Below, in pieces: positions 40,555-50,869 of a stretch of DNA of 64,000 bases. Position 1 is the first letter of the stretch; each line of letters starts with the position of its first letter. Location: assembly GCA_965249135.1 (NCBI GenBank), contig OZ252220.1, positions 1,888,001 through 1,952,000 on the forward strand, given 5' to 3'. Source of the stretch: Alphaproteobacteria bacterium (GTDB taxonomy: Bacteria; Pseudomonadota; Alphaproteobacteria; GCA-2746255). A program made the translations under genes and the position numbers. The notes below the pieces were generated by a model, which saw only the letters and a list, made by a program, of their open reading frames with translations, made no database searches and had not been told where the DNA came from.

Positions 40555-41187
40555 ATGTTGCGTCATGCCGACATATGGACCGCCATCGATAACTTCGCCA
40601 GAGTTCACGGGCTTTCGCCTTCCGGGCTCGCGCGCCGCGCCGGCCTCGATCCGACGACGTTTAATAAAAGTAAGCGGATCACTCGAGAGGGGAAGCCGCG
40701 GTGGCCCAGCACCGAAAGCATTTCGAAAATTCTGGATGCAACCGATAGCACCTTTGGCGAGTTTGCCATTCATCTTGGGAACGAAGCCGCGCAAGGCTTA
40801 GTACAACGGGTTCCGGTGATTGGCTTCGCCCAGGCGGGCAATGAGGGCTATTTTGACGATGCCGGCTACCCAACTGGAAGTGGTTGGGATGAAACAGTAT
40901 TTCCATATATTGGCGATGCGCATGCTTATGCGCTTGAGGTTAGCGGCGATAGCATGCAACCGATCTATCGTGACGGGGACATCATCCTCGTCTCGCCGGC
41001 AAAAAACATTCGTCGAGGCGATAGGGTCGTCGTAAAAACGAAAGAAGGCGAGGTGCTGGCGAAGGAATTAAAACGTCAAAGCAGCAAGCGCATCGAACTT
41101 CTCTCCCTAAACCGCACCTATGGGGATCGGATCCTGCCCGTCGAGAATGTTGAATGGATGGCGCGCGTCGTTTGGGTCAGTCAGTAA
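40555..41187 (+). CDS. HTH + S24 peptidase (LexA/CI-like) transcriptional repressor
   Basis: SGLARRAGLDPTTFNKSKR...RWPSTESISKIL HTH; AQAG putative cleavage site; GDSM Ser and LAKEL Lys dyad. Confidence 0.9.
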   Translation: MLRHADIWTAIDNFARVHGLSPSGLARRAGLDPTTFNKSKRITREGKPRWPSTESISKILDATDSTFGEFAIHLGNEAAQGLVQRVPVIGFAQAGNEGYFDDAGYPTGSGWDETVFPYIGDAHAYALEVSGDSMQPIYRDGDIILVSPAKNIRRGDRVVVKTKEGEVLAKELKRQSSKRIELLSLNRTYGDRILPVENVEWMARVVWVSQ

Positions 41188-41296
41188 ACGAATCATAGTC
41201 ACGGGAAGGAAAACGGGTCGAAATTCCTATTCATGGGCATAGGTTCATAATCTTATTTTCTTCGATATCGCAGTTGAAATGGCGCGTTGCCAATCC

Positions 41297-42889
41297 CTAG
41301 CCGGCTTTGTCTTCCTGAAAAAGTTCTCCGGCCAGCGCTTGGCGGATGAGCCGAACCGTCTCCATCCGACCGTAAAGGGCGATGAAGGATCCCATCCGCG
41401 GTCCCCGTGACTGGCCAAGGAGGATTTCATAGAGGGCCTGGAACCAGGTCTTCAGATCCGGGAAGGGGTGGCGTTTTCCGACTTCGTAGACTTCCGTCTG
41501 GATTCCTTCCGCGTCCAGGTTGGCGGGAAGCAATTCCAGCACCTTCGCCAAGTCTTCAAGGGCAGCTTGCTCCATTTCATTTGGCGCCCGATAGTGCTTC
41601 GCCGGCTTGATGAAGTCCTGGTAATAGTTCACGGCGTGTTGCGCGAGCGCATCCAGGATAGGTTCCATCTTAGGGCTTGCCTTCGGTGCATATCGGGAGA
41701 GATAACCCCAAATCACGGAACTCTCTTCCGCATGGCAGGCGCTCGCGAGATTCAGCAGAATCGAGTAGGTGAGATGAAGCGCCTCCTTTGGCGGGCTGCC
41801 CTCGTGGATATGCCAGACCGGATTCGCCAAACGTTCGGCGGGTTCTTGCTCTTCATATTTGCTGAGGAAATTTAGATAATCGTCGACATTCCTGGGGATG
41901 ACGTCGAAATAAAGCCGCTTTGCCTTTTTCGGCGATTGATACATGAAAAGCTTAAGGCTTTCCGGCGGTGCGTAGCGAAGCCACGCCTCGACGCTCAGAC
42001 CATTTCCCCTTGACTTCGATATCTTCTCGCCGTTTTCGTCGAGGAAAAGTTCATAGGTAAAGCCCTCGGGAGGTGTGCCGCCAAGAATGCGACAAATCCG
42101 ATTGCCGAGTCGCACGGAATCGGTCAAGTCCTTCCCGGACATTTCATAATCGACGTCGAGGGCTGTCCATCGCATGGCCCAATCGACTCGCCACTGTAAT
42201 TTACAATGGCCCGCCGTAACGGGAAGTTCTGTCTTTGTACCGTCCTCATCTTCAAAGGTGATCGTGCCGGCAGTCACGTCCCATGCAATCACGGGCGTCT
42301 GAAGGACGCGTCCCGTTTTCGGCGAAATGGGCAGAAACGGGCTATAGGTTGCCCGGCGTTCTTCGCCAAGGATCGGCAATACCACCTCTAGAATTTCGTC
42401 ATAGTGCTCAAGCACCTTCCGGAGAACCGGATCGAATCGGCCACTTTTATAGCATTCCGTGGCACTCTGAAATTCGTAGTCGAAACCGAAGGAATCGAGA
42501 AAGGCATGTAGCCGAGCGTTGTTGTGGTGACCAAAGCTTTCATGCGTTTCAAAGGGATCCGGAATCGATGTCAGCGGCTTTCCGAGATGCTCCGCTAGCA
42601 TTGCCTGGTTGGGGACGTTATCGGGCACTTTACGAAGCCCGTCCATGTCATCGGAAAAGGCAAAGAGACGGGTGGGAACGTCCGCCAGTGTCGAAAAGGC
42701 ATGCCGGACAAGCGTCGTGCGGACCACTTCAGCAAAGGTTCCGATGTGGGGAAGGCCCGACGGGCCATAGCCGGTCTCGAAAAGAACATAGCCCTTCTCG
42801 GGACATTTGCCGTCGATGCGCTCGAGTACGCGCCGCGCTTCCTGAAACGGCCAAGCTTTACACGCCGCCGCAGCCTCGCGATCGGACAT
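41297..42889 (-). CDS. lysS: Lysine--tRNA ligase, class I
   Basis: ETGYGPSGLPHIGTF, KLQWRVDW, KISKSRGN, GPRMGSF. Confidence 0.96.
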   Translation of the reverse strand: MSDREAAAACKAWPFQEARRVLERIDGKCPEKGYVLFETGYGPSGLPHIGTFAEVVRTTLVRHAFSTLADVPTRLFAFSDDMDGLRKVPDNVPNQAMLAEHLGKPLTSIPDPFETHESFGHHNNARLHAFLDSFGFDYEFQSATECYKSGRFDPVLRKVLEHYDEILEVVLPILGEERRATYSPFLPISPKTGRVLQTPVIAWDVTAGTITFEDEDGTKTELPVTAGHCKLQWRVDWAMRWTALDVDYEMSGKDLTDSVRLGNRICRILGGTPPEGFTYELFLDENGEKISKSRGNGLSVEAWLRYAPPESLKLFMYQSPKKAKRLYFDVIPRNVDDYLNFLSKYEEQEPAERLANPVWHIHEGSPPKEALHLTYSILLNLASACHAEESSVIWGYLSRYAPKASPKMEPILDALAQHAVNYYQDFIKPAKHYRAPNEMEQAALEDLAKVLELLPANLDAEGIQTEVYEVGKRHPFPDLKTWFQALYEILLGQSRGPRMGSFIALYGRMETVRLIRQALAGELFQEDKAG

Positions 42890-43019
42890 GGTTCAATCCA
42901 TTTTCACAGCGCCCAGCTTGTTGGGCTTTTTCGGTCAGCGACGAGGAACCTAGGCGGCAGATGACTTCTCGTCAACCGATGTGGTCTTCGGATGAGAAGT
43001 GACTTCTGACGGAATCAGG

Positions 43020-43059
43020 CGCGGAGGTTTAACGGAAGACGCGGAGGTTTAACGGAAGA
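43020..43059. repeat. Perfect 20-bp tandem duplication
   Basis: CGCGGAGGTTTAACGGAAGA x2. Confidence 0.95.
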
Positions 43060-43424
43060 GAAGTCGTGAAAAGACGAAAATCGGATTCCTCGGCCCCCTG
43101 ATAGGCCGATGCGACGCTACGGTAACAGAGCGGTCCGTTCGCAGCAGTGGAATAGCTTGCTTCCTGCGCGATTTTTTGCGTGATGAAGGGAAGGGAAGTA
43201 TGGGACGAAAAACGCTCCCGATAGACAAAGACCGGAAGCTGACCGGGGGAATGTATATCACCAGATGGATCAATGGTGATGACAACCGGCTCACTCAGCG
43301 GGAATTCCGGCTGATCGTGTTGGGACGATCGGACGGGCGAATTCTCCCGTTCCGGTGGTCGATGTGAAAAGTGTGTCGGAGTGACCGATTGAATCGGCCC
43401 TCTTCCCGTTCCAGACGTTTCCAT
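43029..43424 (-). CDS. Hypothetical protein
   Basis: 131-aa ORF filling the gap between lysS and the AT-rich promoter region; no family recognised. Confidence 0.45.
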   Translation of the reverse strand: METSGTGRGPIQSVTPTHFSHRPPERENSPVRSSQHDQPEFPLSEPVVITIDPSGDIHSPGQLPVFVYRERFSSHTSLPFITQKIAQEASYSTAANGPLCYRSVASAYQGAEESDFRLFTTSLPLNLRVFR

Positions 43425-43775
43425 TTTCCAGCTACTTTGCGTGTGCCGTTAAGTGGTTTTTTACCACATTGTGAATGATCGAATACAAAATCAATCACGA
43501 GCTAGAAAAGTATATTCGATCATAGCAACGCTTAAAATGGTTTTTGTCAATTAACCATACTAAATCGTTTATATGTTAACCAAACTTCGAAACTTAAACA
43601 TGGTTGCTGAACGTTGGTAAACGTGCGGAGCACACATCGAATTAATCGTTTGTAAAGGGAGAGCTTCTTAACCTGTTGGGTCAGTGTGACAGATGTGAGG
43701 TGAGTCAATTCGATAGATGCAATATGGCCTTTAGGTAGTACGAAGGCATAACGAGGGAGCCTTTAGGTAAAAGGC

Positions 43776-45518
43776 ATGAGATTGCAGGATGCAAAAACAG
43801 ATAAGACGGCTCAGAAGCGTGACAAGTTAACGAGACTACACGCAGCTATAGCTATCTTGGGCGAGGTCATCTTCGAATGGGACCTTGCAACGGACGCGAT
43901 CCTTTGGTCGGATCGCGCCCAACTGATTCTTGGCTTGCCAGAGCTGGAATCGATGACGACGCGGAGTGCCTATAACTCATTAATCGACACCGACGATCTA
44001 ATCCGTCTCCAGGAGACCCTTGTCTCCCGCTATACCTCCCATGATCCATTCGAATGTGAATACCGGATCCATTCTACGGATGGAGAACTGCAGTGGATTC
44101 AGGAACGATCCGCGGTCAAATTCAACGAATCCGATGAACCGGTGAAAGTATGCGGTGTCTTGCGCGTCGTCTCCCGGCCGAGATCGGCTTCGGAGTCTGC
44201 TGCTGGTATCGTCAATTATGACGAAGCCACCGGCCAGTACAGCCGTGCCAAACTCGTTGAATCGCTCGGTGAGGCAATCAATCGGTGTCGGCGGGACGAA
44301 AGCTCGGGGGGCTATCTCGCCGTGGGCGTCGATCAATTTATGGAACTCGGTGAGGCGTGGGGCGAAGCAACCGTCGATTCAGTCATCTTCGCCCTTAGCC
44401 AGCGTTTAGAAGGCTGTTTGCGTGCGACGGACGTCATCGGATGTGTCAGTCACGATCGCTTCGGCGTCGTCCTTACCCATTGTCCGGAAGAGGATGTTCC
44501 AATCGTTGCCGAGACTTTGCTTCAGTCCGTCCGTGGCGCGACCATCGAAACGGCGAAAGGACCGGTTCAAGTCACAGTCTCGGTGGGGGGTGCCGTCTTT
44601 CCCGATGTTGCCCAGACGGCCCATGATGCCATCGCCAAGGCGGATATGGCGCTGGGGAAGGCGCGGCGCATGGGCTACAACTGCTACATTCCGTTTCATC
44701 AGGCGAAAATGCGCCGTCGCAGCCAGCGCAAAAACCTCGCTATCCTTCACGAAGTTCAACAGGCCATTCAGGAAGACAACCTCGTTTTCGCATTCCAACC
44801 AATCATCGATTGCGAGACGAATGGAGTCGCCTATTACGAGTGTTTGCTGCGTCTGCTGCGTGATGAGGAGACGGTCGTTGTTGCGGCCGAGTTTGTGCCA
44901 ACGCTTGAACAGCTCGGCTATGCGCGGCTCATCGATCACTACGCACTCGGTTTGGCACTGAAAGAACTAGGGGCACACCCGGATGTGTCTCTTGCGCTCA
45001 ACGTTTCCAGCCTCACAGCTACCGATCCGACCTGGTTGAGTAAGTTCGTCATGGCCCTCAAAAACAGGGCTGGTATTGCAAAGCGTCTTATCGTCGAGAT
45101 TACCGAAACGGCGGCCCTTCAAGACATCGCCGAATCAGCTCGTTTCGTGTCAACCCTGCGGGGTCTTGGTTGTCGCGTGGCGCTCGATGACTTTGGCGCC
45201 GGTTTCACGTCCTTCCATCATCTGAAGTCGCTTCCCGTCGACATTTTGAAAATTGATGGCTCGTTCGTCTCCGGTATGTCAAAAAATAGAGAAAATCAGT
45301 TACTCGTGAAAACCCTGGTCGATCTTGCCAAAGGTTTTCATATGAGTACGGTTGCAGAGTGTGTTGAAACAAAAGAGGACGTTGATATCCTCTATCAACA
45401 AGGTGTTCATCAGATGCAGGGCTATTACTTCGGCCGACCCGAGATTGAGCGGCCGTGGCTAAAAGAATCTAAGGTCGTGCCGATACATCGCGCGATAGGA
45501 GGTAAAAACCGCGCTTGA
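43776..45518 (+). CDS. PAS-GGDEF(degenerate)-EAL c-di-GMP phosphodiesterase
   Basis: N-terminal PAS (EWDL...W...EYRI); GGDEF site reads SHDRF; EAL domain FQPI..ECLLRL, EITET, DDFGAGF, KIDGSFV, QGYYF. Confidence 0.9.
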   Translation: MRLQDAKTDKTAQKRDKLTRLHAAIAILGEVIFEWDLATDAILWSDRAQLILGLPELESMTTRSAYNSLIDTDDLIRLQETLVSRYTSHDPFECEYRIHSTDGELQWIQERSAVKFNESDEPVKVCGVLRVVSRPRSASESAAGIVNYDEATGQYSRAKLVESLGEAINRCRRDESSGGYLAVGVDQFMELGEAWGEATVDSVIFALSQRLEGCLRATDVIGCVSHDRFGVVLTHCPEEDVPIVAETLLQSVRGATIETAKGPVQVTVSVGGAVFPDVAQTAHDAIAKADMALGKARRMGYNCYIPFHQAKMRRRSQRKNLAILHEVQQAIQEDNLVFAFQPIIDCETNGVAYYECLLRLLRDEETVVVAAEFVPTLEQLGYARLIDHYALGLALKELGAHPDVSLALNVSSLTATDPTWLSKFVMALKNRAGIAKRLIVEITETAALQDIAESARFVSTLRGLGCRVALDDFGAGFTSFHHLKSLPVDILKIDGSFVSGMSKNRENQLLVKTLVDLAKGFHMSTVAECVETKEDVDILYQQGVHQMQGYYFGRPEIERPWLKESKVVPIHRAIGGKNRA

Positions 45519-45533
45519 GTAACAGGATTGAGG

Positions 45534-46148
45534 TTAGCCCTCAGACTTCTTTGTGATTTCCTCTAGTCGCTTTTGCACGTTCTTCAGTTGCTCCTGAAGT
45601 TCATGAAGCGTCTGTGCGCTGGATTTGGAGGCCGCCGCCGTCTCTTCCTCTCCCGCCGGCATCTGTTCCTTGTGGGTGTCAACTAATGGTGAGAAGAGCC
45701 CCATCATCTGTTCGAAGATGGCAAGGTTTTGTTTGCCCAGCTCCTCGAACGGGCTGAACGGGCGCGATGTACCAAAGGTATCCGATAGATGTTGGCGAAG
45801 CTGCTCTTGATTCTGCGAGAAGGCCTGCATCGAACATTCAAGATAACGGGGTAAAACGTCCTGAAGTCCGCCTTCATAGAAACCGATCAACTGGCGAAGG
45901 AAATTGATCGGAAGCAAATTTTGCCCCTTCGCTTCTTCCTCGACGATGATCTGTGTAAGTACGGATCGGGTCAGGTCTTCGCCGGTCTTCGCATCATAGA
46001 CAACGAAGTCCGTTCCCTCTTTTACCATCCGGCATAAATCTTCCAGCGTCACATAGCTGCTGGTCGCCGTGTTGTAGAGTCGGCGGTTCGCGTATTTTTT
46101 GATTGCGACGGGTGTATCGCCGTCGGAAGCGGCTTTCTTCCTGCTCAT
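45534..46148 (-). CDS. phaR: Polyhydroxyalkanoate synthesis repressor PhaR
   Basis: IKKYANRRLYNTATSSYVTL, DAKTGEDLTRSVLTQII. Confidence 0.96.
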   Translation of the reverse strand: MSRKKAASDGDTPVAIKKYANRRLYNTATSSYVTLEDLCRMVKEGTDFVVYDAKTGEDLTRSVLTQIIVEEEAKGQNLLPINFLRQLIGFYEGGLQDVLPRYLECSMQAFSQNQEQLRQHLSDTFGTSRPFSPFEELGKQNLAIFEQMMGLFSPLVDTHKEQMPAGEEETAAASKSSAQTLHELQEQLKNVQKRLEEITKKSEG

Positions 46149-46181
46149 CGAAATTGAATCCTACGCAACTGCGAACAATCT

Positions 46182-46196
46182 TGCTGCGGCACAGCA
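46182..46196. promoter_or_regulatory. Putative PhaR operator
   Basis: TGCTG-cggca-CAGCA inverted repeat just upstream of phaR. Confidence 0.55.
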
Positions 46197-46292
46197 TAAC
46201 AGAATTCACTTTCCCATGGCATAGGCCTGGAAAGTAGGCTGTGCGCAGGCTTGGCCTTGGCATCCGACGACGCGCTGCACTATGATCCGCCC

Positions 46293-46658
46293 ATGTCGAA
46301 ACCCCCGGATCTTGAGACCCTGGCCAGCCGCTTTCTTGAACTTTGGCAGGATCAGTTGGCGGCCATGGCACTGGACCCAGACAATGCCGAGGCCATGACG
46401 CGGTTCTACCATCTCTTTACGGATGCCGCCCTTTCCGCGGTACTAGGAGCAGGCGATGCGACCGAGCGACGAAAAGACGGAAAAAGCCCCCCCACGCGGC
46501 CGGCATCTCGGTCCGAGGCCGCTGCCGCTTCATCTGGCGGCACCGATGTTCGCTTGGATGAGCTCGCAAGGCGTCTTGCCACCATCGAAAAGCGGCTGGA
46601 CGCACTGGAATCAAAACCTCGTTCCCGACGCCGAAGCCCTTCGAAAAAGTCTCGCTGA
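46293..46658 (+). CDS. Small coiled-coil protein upstream of the PhaC-like gene
   Basis: DLETLASRFLELWQDQL...LDELARRLATIEKRLDALE. Confidence 0.65.
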   Translation: MSKPPDLETLASRFLELWQDQLAAMALDPDNAEAMTRFYHLFTDAALSAVLGAGDATERRKDGKSPPTRPASRSEAAAASSGGTDVRLDELARRLATIEKRLDALESKPRSRRRSPSKKSR

Positions 46659-47727
46659 CATCGACCCACAAGCTTTTCGAAACGCCTTGGATGGTGTTGC
46701 TTCTCGCCAATTTTCGGAAATGCTGGCGGGCATTCTCGCCTATCGCCGACACCCGTATCGGCGGACTCTACCGGAACCACCGGTCGTCTGGCGTTCGGGG
46801 GCGGCGTGCCTTTATGACTACGGGACGGAAGCGACGGCAAAGGCAAACGGCGTTCCAGTTCTTTTTGTTCCCTCGCTGATCAACCGCTCTTACGTGTTGG
46901 ATCTGTCCAAGCGTGCCAGCATGCTCCGCTACTTGGCGGATCACGGAATTTGGCCGTTTCTCATCGATTGGGGAAAGCCCGGGGCAAAGGAGCGAAACTT
47001 CACGCTTACGGATTATATCGCCGGCGTACTCGAAGATGCGTTCAAGGCTACCCAGTCTTTGGCTGGCGAGCGCATCGCCATCGTTGGCTATTGTATGGGG
47101 GGCTTGTTGGCACTTGCCTTGGCACTTCGTCAGCGTAAGGTCGTGCCGGGATTGGCGCTCCTTGCCACGCCGTGGGATTTCCATGCCGGGGAAAATGGGG
47201 AGCGTGAGGGCCAGACTGCCAAGGTGGCTTTCGAATCCGTTGCCCCCTTGGTTGACGCCCTTGGCGAGATGCCGATCGATATTCTGCAAAGCTTCTTCCT
47301 TCTCCTAAATCCTTTCCAGGCAGCTAAGAAATTTCGCATCTTCGCATCGCTCGACCCGCATTCCGCGCGAGCGCAGGATTTCGTGGCGCTCGAGGACTGG
47401 GTGAATGACGGGACGGCCTTGGCGGCGCCCGTGGCTCGCGAATGCCTTCTTGGGTGGTACGGTGACAACACGCCGGTTCGGGGAGAATGGAAGGTCGCGG
47501 GCCGCAAGGTGCGTCCTGAAACGTTTGATGTGCCAAGCCTTGTTCTCGTCCCCAGCCAGGATCACATCGTGCCTCCGGCCTCGGCCCGTGCCCTCGCCGA
47601 GGTGTTGCCACGCGCCGAAAGCCGGGTCGTTGCCACCGGCCATATCGGCATGGCCGTCGGCACCCGGGCAAAGACCGAGCTTTGGCAGCCTCTCGCGGAA
47701 TGGCTTGAGAGCGTTTATGCTGTTTGA
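46456..47727 (+). CDS. PHA synthase-like alpha/beta hydrolase (class III PhaC-like)
   Basis: VPSLINRSYVLDL, IDWG, GYCMGG PhaC box, D (QDHIVP) and H (GHIGM). Start uncertain. Confidence 0.85.
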   Translation: MRPSDEKTEKAPPRGRHLGPRPLPLHLAAPMFAWMSSQGVLPPSKSGWTHWNQNLVPDAEALRKSLADIDPQAFRNALDGVASRQFSEMLAGILAYRRHPYRRTLPEPPVVWRSGAACLYDYGTEATAKANGVPVLFVPSLINRSYVLDLSKRASMLRYLADHGIWPFLIDWGKPGAKERNFTLTDYIAGVLEDAFKATQSLAGERIAIVGYCMGGLLALALALRQRKVVPGLALLATPWDFHAGENGEREGQTAKVAFESVAPLVDALGEMPIDILQSFFLLLNPFQAAKKFRIFASLDPHSARAQDFVALEDWVNDGTALAAPVARECLLGWYGDNTPVRGEWKVAGRKVRPETFDVPSLVLVPSQDHIVPPASARALAEVLPRAESRVVATGHIGMAVGTRAKTELWQPLAEWLESVYAV

Positions 47728-48948
<1,221 letters not shown>

Positions 48949-49132
48949 ATCCCAAACCCATTCTTTCTCTTCTGAACGGTTGCTTCAGATCCGGCTGGTG
49001 GAAAGAGCCGGTTGCTGGCGACCACGCACATGTCGACAATAACGAAATTATATTTCTATTATTCCACGGTATATGTTATGTACATGCCATAAATAGGAAT
49101 TTATTATAATTTTCTTTTAAAAAGAGGCAATA

Positions 49133-49855
49133 ATGGGACGGGCGGCTTTGGTAACGGGTGGCATTAAGGGAATCGGTGCCGTCATCGCGAAGACGCTGGA
49201 TCGGGCAGGCTACAAGGTGGCCGCCAACTATCACCGGGACGATGCGAGGGCGATCCAGTTTCGGGAATCGACCGGCATTCCGGTCTACAAATGGGACGTC
49301 GGCGATTTCACCGCCTGCGAGACGGGCGTGGCCAAGGTGTCCGGCGATCTCGGTGCGATCGATGTCCTCGTCAACAATGCCGGCATCACGCGTGATGCGG
49401 TCCTGCATAAGATGTCCCCGGAAGAATGGGTCACCGTCCTTCAGACGAACCTTACCTCCTGTTTCAACATGTGCCGCTGTACGATCGAAGTGATGCGCGA
49501 GCGGGGATTCGGCCGGATCGTTAACATTGGTTCCATTAACGGCCAGGCGGGTCAATACGGCCAGGTGAACTATGCCGCGGCGAAGTCCGGCATTCATGGC
49601 TTCACGAAGGCGCTTGCCCAGGAATCTGCCGGCAAAGGCGTCACCGTGAATGCCATCGCACCTGGCTACATTGACACGGACATGGTGCGCGCCGTTCCCG
49701 CAAACGTTTTGGAGAAAATCGTCGCCCGGATCCCGGTAAAGCGGCTTGGCCAGGCAGAAGAGATCGCCCGTGGCGTTCTTTTCCTCGCCGCCGAAGATGC
49801 GGGCTTCATCACTGGCTCGACGATGTTGATCAATGGCGGCCAACATATGTATTGA
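49133..49855 (+). CDS. phaB: Acetoacetyl-CoA reductase
   Basis: TGGIKGIG, NNAGITRD, GQYGQVNYAAAK, NGGQHM; follows phaA. Confidence 0.95.
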   Translation: MGRAALVTGGIKGIGAVIAKTLDRAGYKVAANYHRDDARAIQFRESTGIPVYKWDVGDFTACETGVAKVSGDLGAIDVLVNNAGITRDAVLHKMSPEEWVTVLQTNLTSCFNMCRCTIEVMRERGFGRIVNIGSINGQAGQYGQVNYAAAKSGIHGFTKALAQESAGKGVTVNAIAPGYIDTDMVRAVPANVLEKIVARIPVKRLGQAEEIARGVLFLAAEDAGFITGSTMLINGGQHMY

Positions 49856-49973
49856 TGATTATTCGAAGGGCGGGCATTCGCTCGCCGTCATCCGTAACAA
49901 GGACGGACACTTTCCTCAGACGGTCCGTACCTTGCGAGCGAACGGGGACCAGGGACTGAAATAAAGTCTCATC

Positions 49974-50744
49974 TCAAAAGGCGTCCTTTCGGCGGCGAAT
50001 TTCGGCAAAGATATTGGCAGGGAGTGCGCCTTCCATGCCAACGGCACGCGCAATCGCTTCCGCGTCGGCGCGAAGGAATGGATTCGCACGACGCTCCGTT
50101 TCCAAACTCGAAGGAACGGTCGATTGCCCTTTGGCGCGCTTCTTCTCGACTTCCTGTGCGCGGGCCAGCAGATCCGGATTGTCTGGATCAATGCTCAGTG
50201 CGAAGCGGGCATTTGCCTGGGTGTATTCATGGCCACAGAAAACGAGCGTTTCATCCGGAAGGGCACGAAGGCGCTTTAGCGACTCCCACATTTCCTCCGG
50301 CTTGCCTTCGAACAGACGCCCGCAGCCTAAAGAAAACAAGGTATCCCCGCAAAAAAGCGCGTGGCTTTCCCGGAACCAGTAGGCGATGTGGCCATGGGTA
50401 TGACCATCCACCGTGATGACTTCCCCTTCGGCGTTTCCGATTCGGACCGTATCGCCATCGAACACGCCAAGATCGATTCCGGGAATTCGATCCGAGTCAT
50501 GCCGAGGCCCGATTATTTTGCAGCCGGTGGTGCGTTTAAGTTCGAGATTCCCGCCCGTGTGATCGTAGTGATGGTGTGTATTTAGGATGTAATCGAGGCT
50601 CCAATTTCGCTTTGCTAGAGCCCGAAGGATTGGTTCCGAGACGGCGGGATCGACCACCGCCGTTACCTTCGCTACCGGTTCATGAAGCAAATAACCGTAA
50701 TTATCCTGCAACAACGGGATCTGATGAATGGTCAGCCGACTCAT
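49974..50744 (-). CDS. gloB: Hydroxyacylglutathione hydrolase (glyoxalase II)
   Basis: THHHYDHTGG, GHTHGH, GDTLFSLGCGR, GHEYT. Confidence 0.95.
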   Translation of the reverse strand: MSRLTIHQIPLLQDNYGYLLHEPVAKVTAVVDPAVSEPILRALAKRNWSLDYILNTHHHYDHTGGNLELKRTTGCKIIGPRHDSDRIPGIDLGVFDGDTVRIGNAEGEVITVDGHTHGHIAYWFRESHALFCGDTLFSLGCGRLFEGKPEEMWESLKRLRALPDETLVFCGHEYTQANARFALSIDPDNPDLLARAQEVEKKRAKGQSTVPSSLETERRANPFLRADAEAIARAVGMEGALPANIFAEIRRRKDAF

Positions 50745-50869
50745 CGGGACTCTCTCTTACGAAATGCTCCGCAACTTAACATCATCCTTTTCATGTGAAC
50801 ATGTCACCAAAAGTCTTCCGTACCTAATTCCAGAAACTTGCTGCGCCTTTGTGGTAAATTTGTGGGACC

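Larger units (their letters stand above)
28031..41187 (-). mobile_element. Phage-derived T7-like (podoviral) head-tail gene cluster with repressor; GTA-like element or prophage remnant
   Basis: Co-oriented and mostly translationally coupled portal, scaffold, capsid, tail tubes, fibre, TerL, lysis genes. No integrase, replication gene or att repeat recognised. Confidence 0.85.

Noticed and set aside
28031-41187. Complete, autonomous prophage
   Set aside because: No recognisable integrase, replication or recombination genes or att repeats, and it is too short. A decayed remnant cannot be fully excluded.
49095-49105. AGGAATTTATT upstream of phaB, identical to 11 bp of the 40477 operator
   Set aside because: The right half-site TCCT is missing and the region is AT-rich, so chance is likely.
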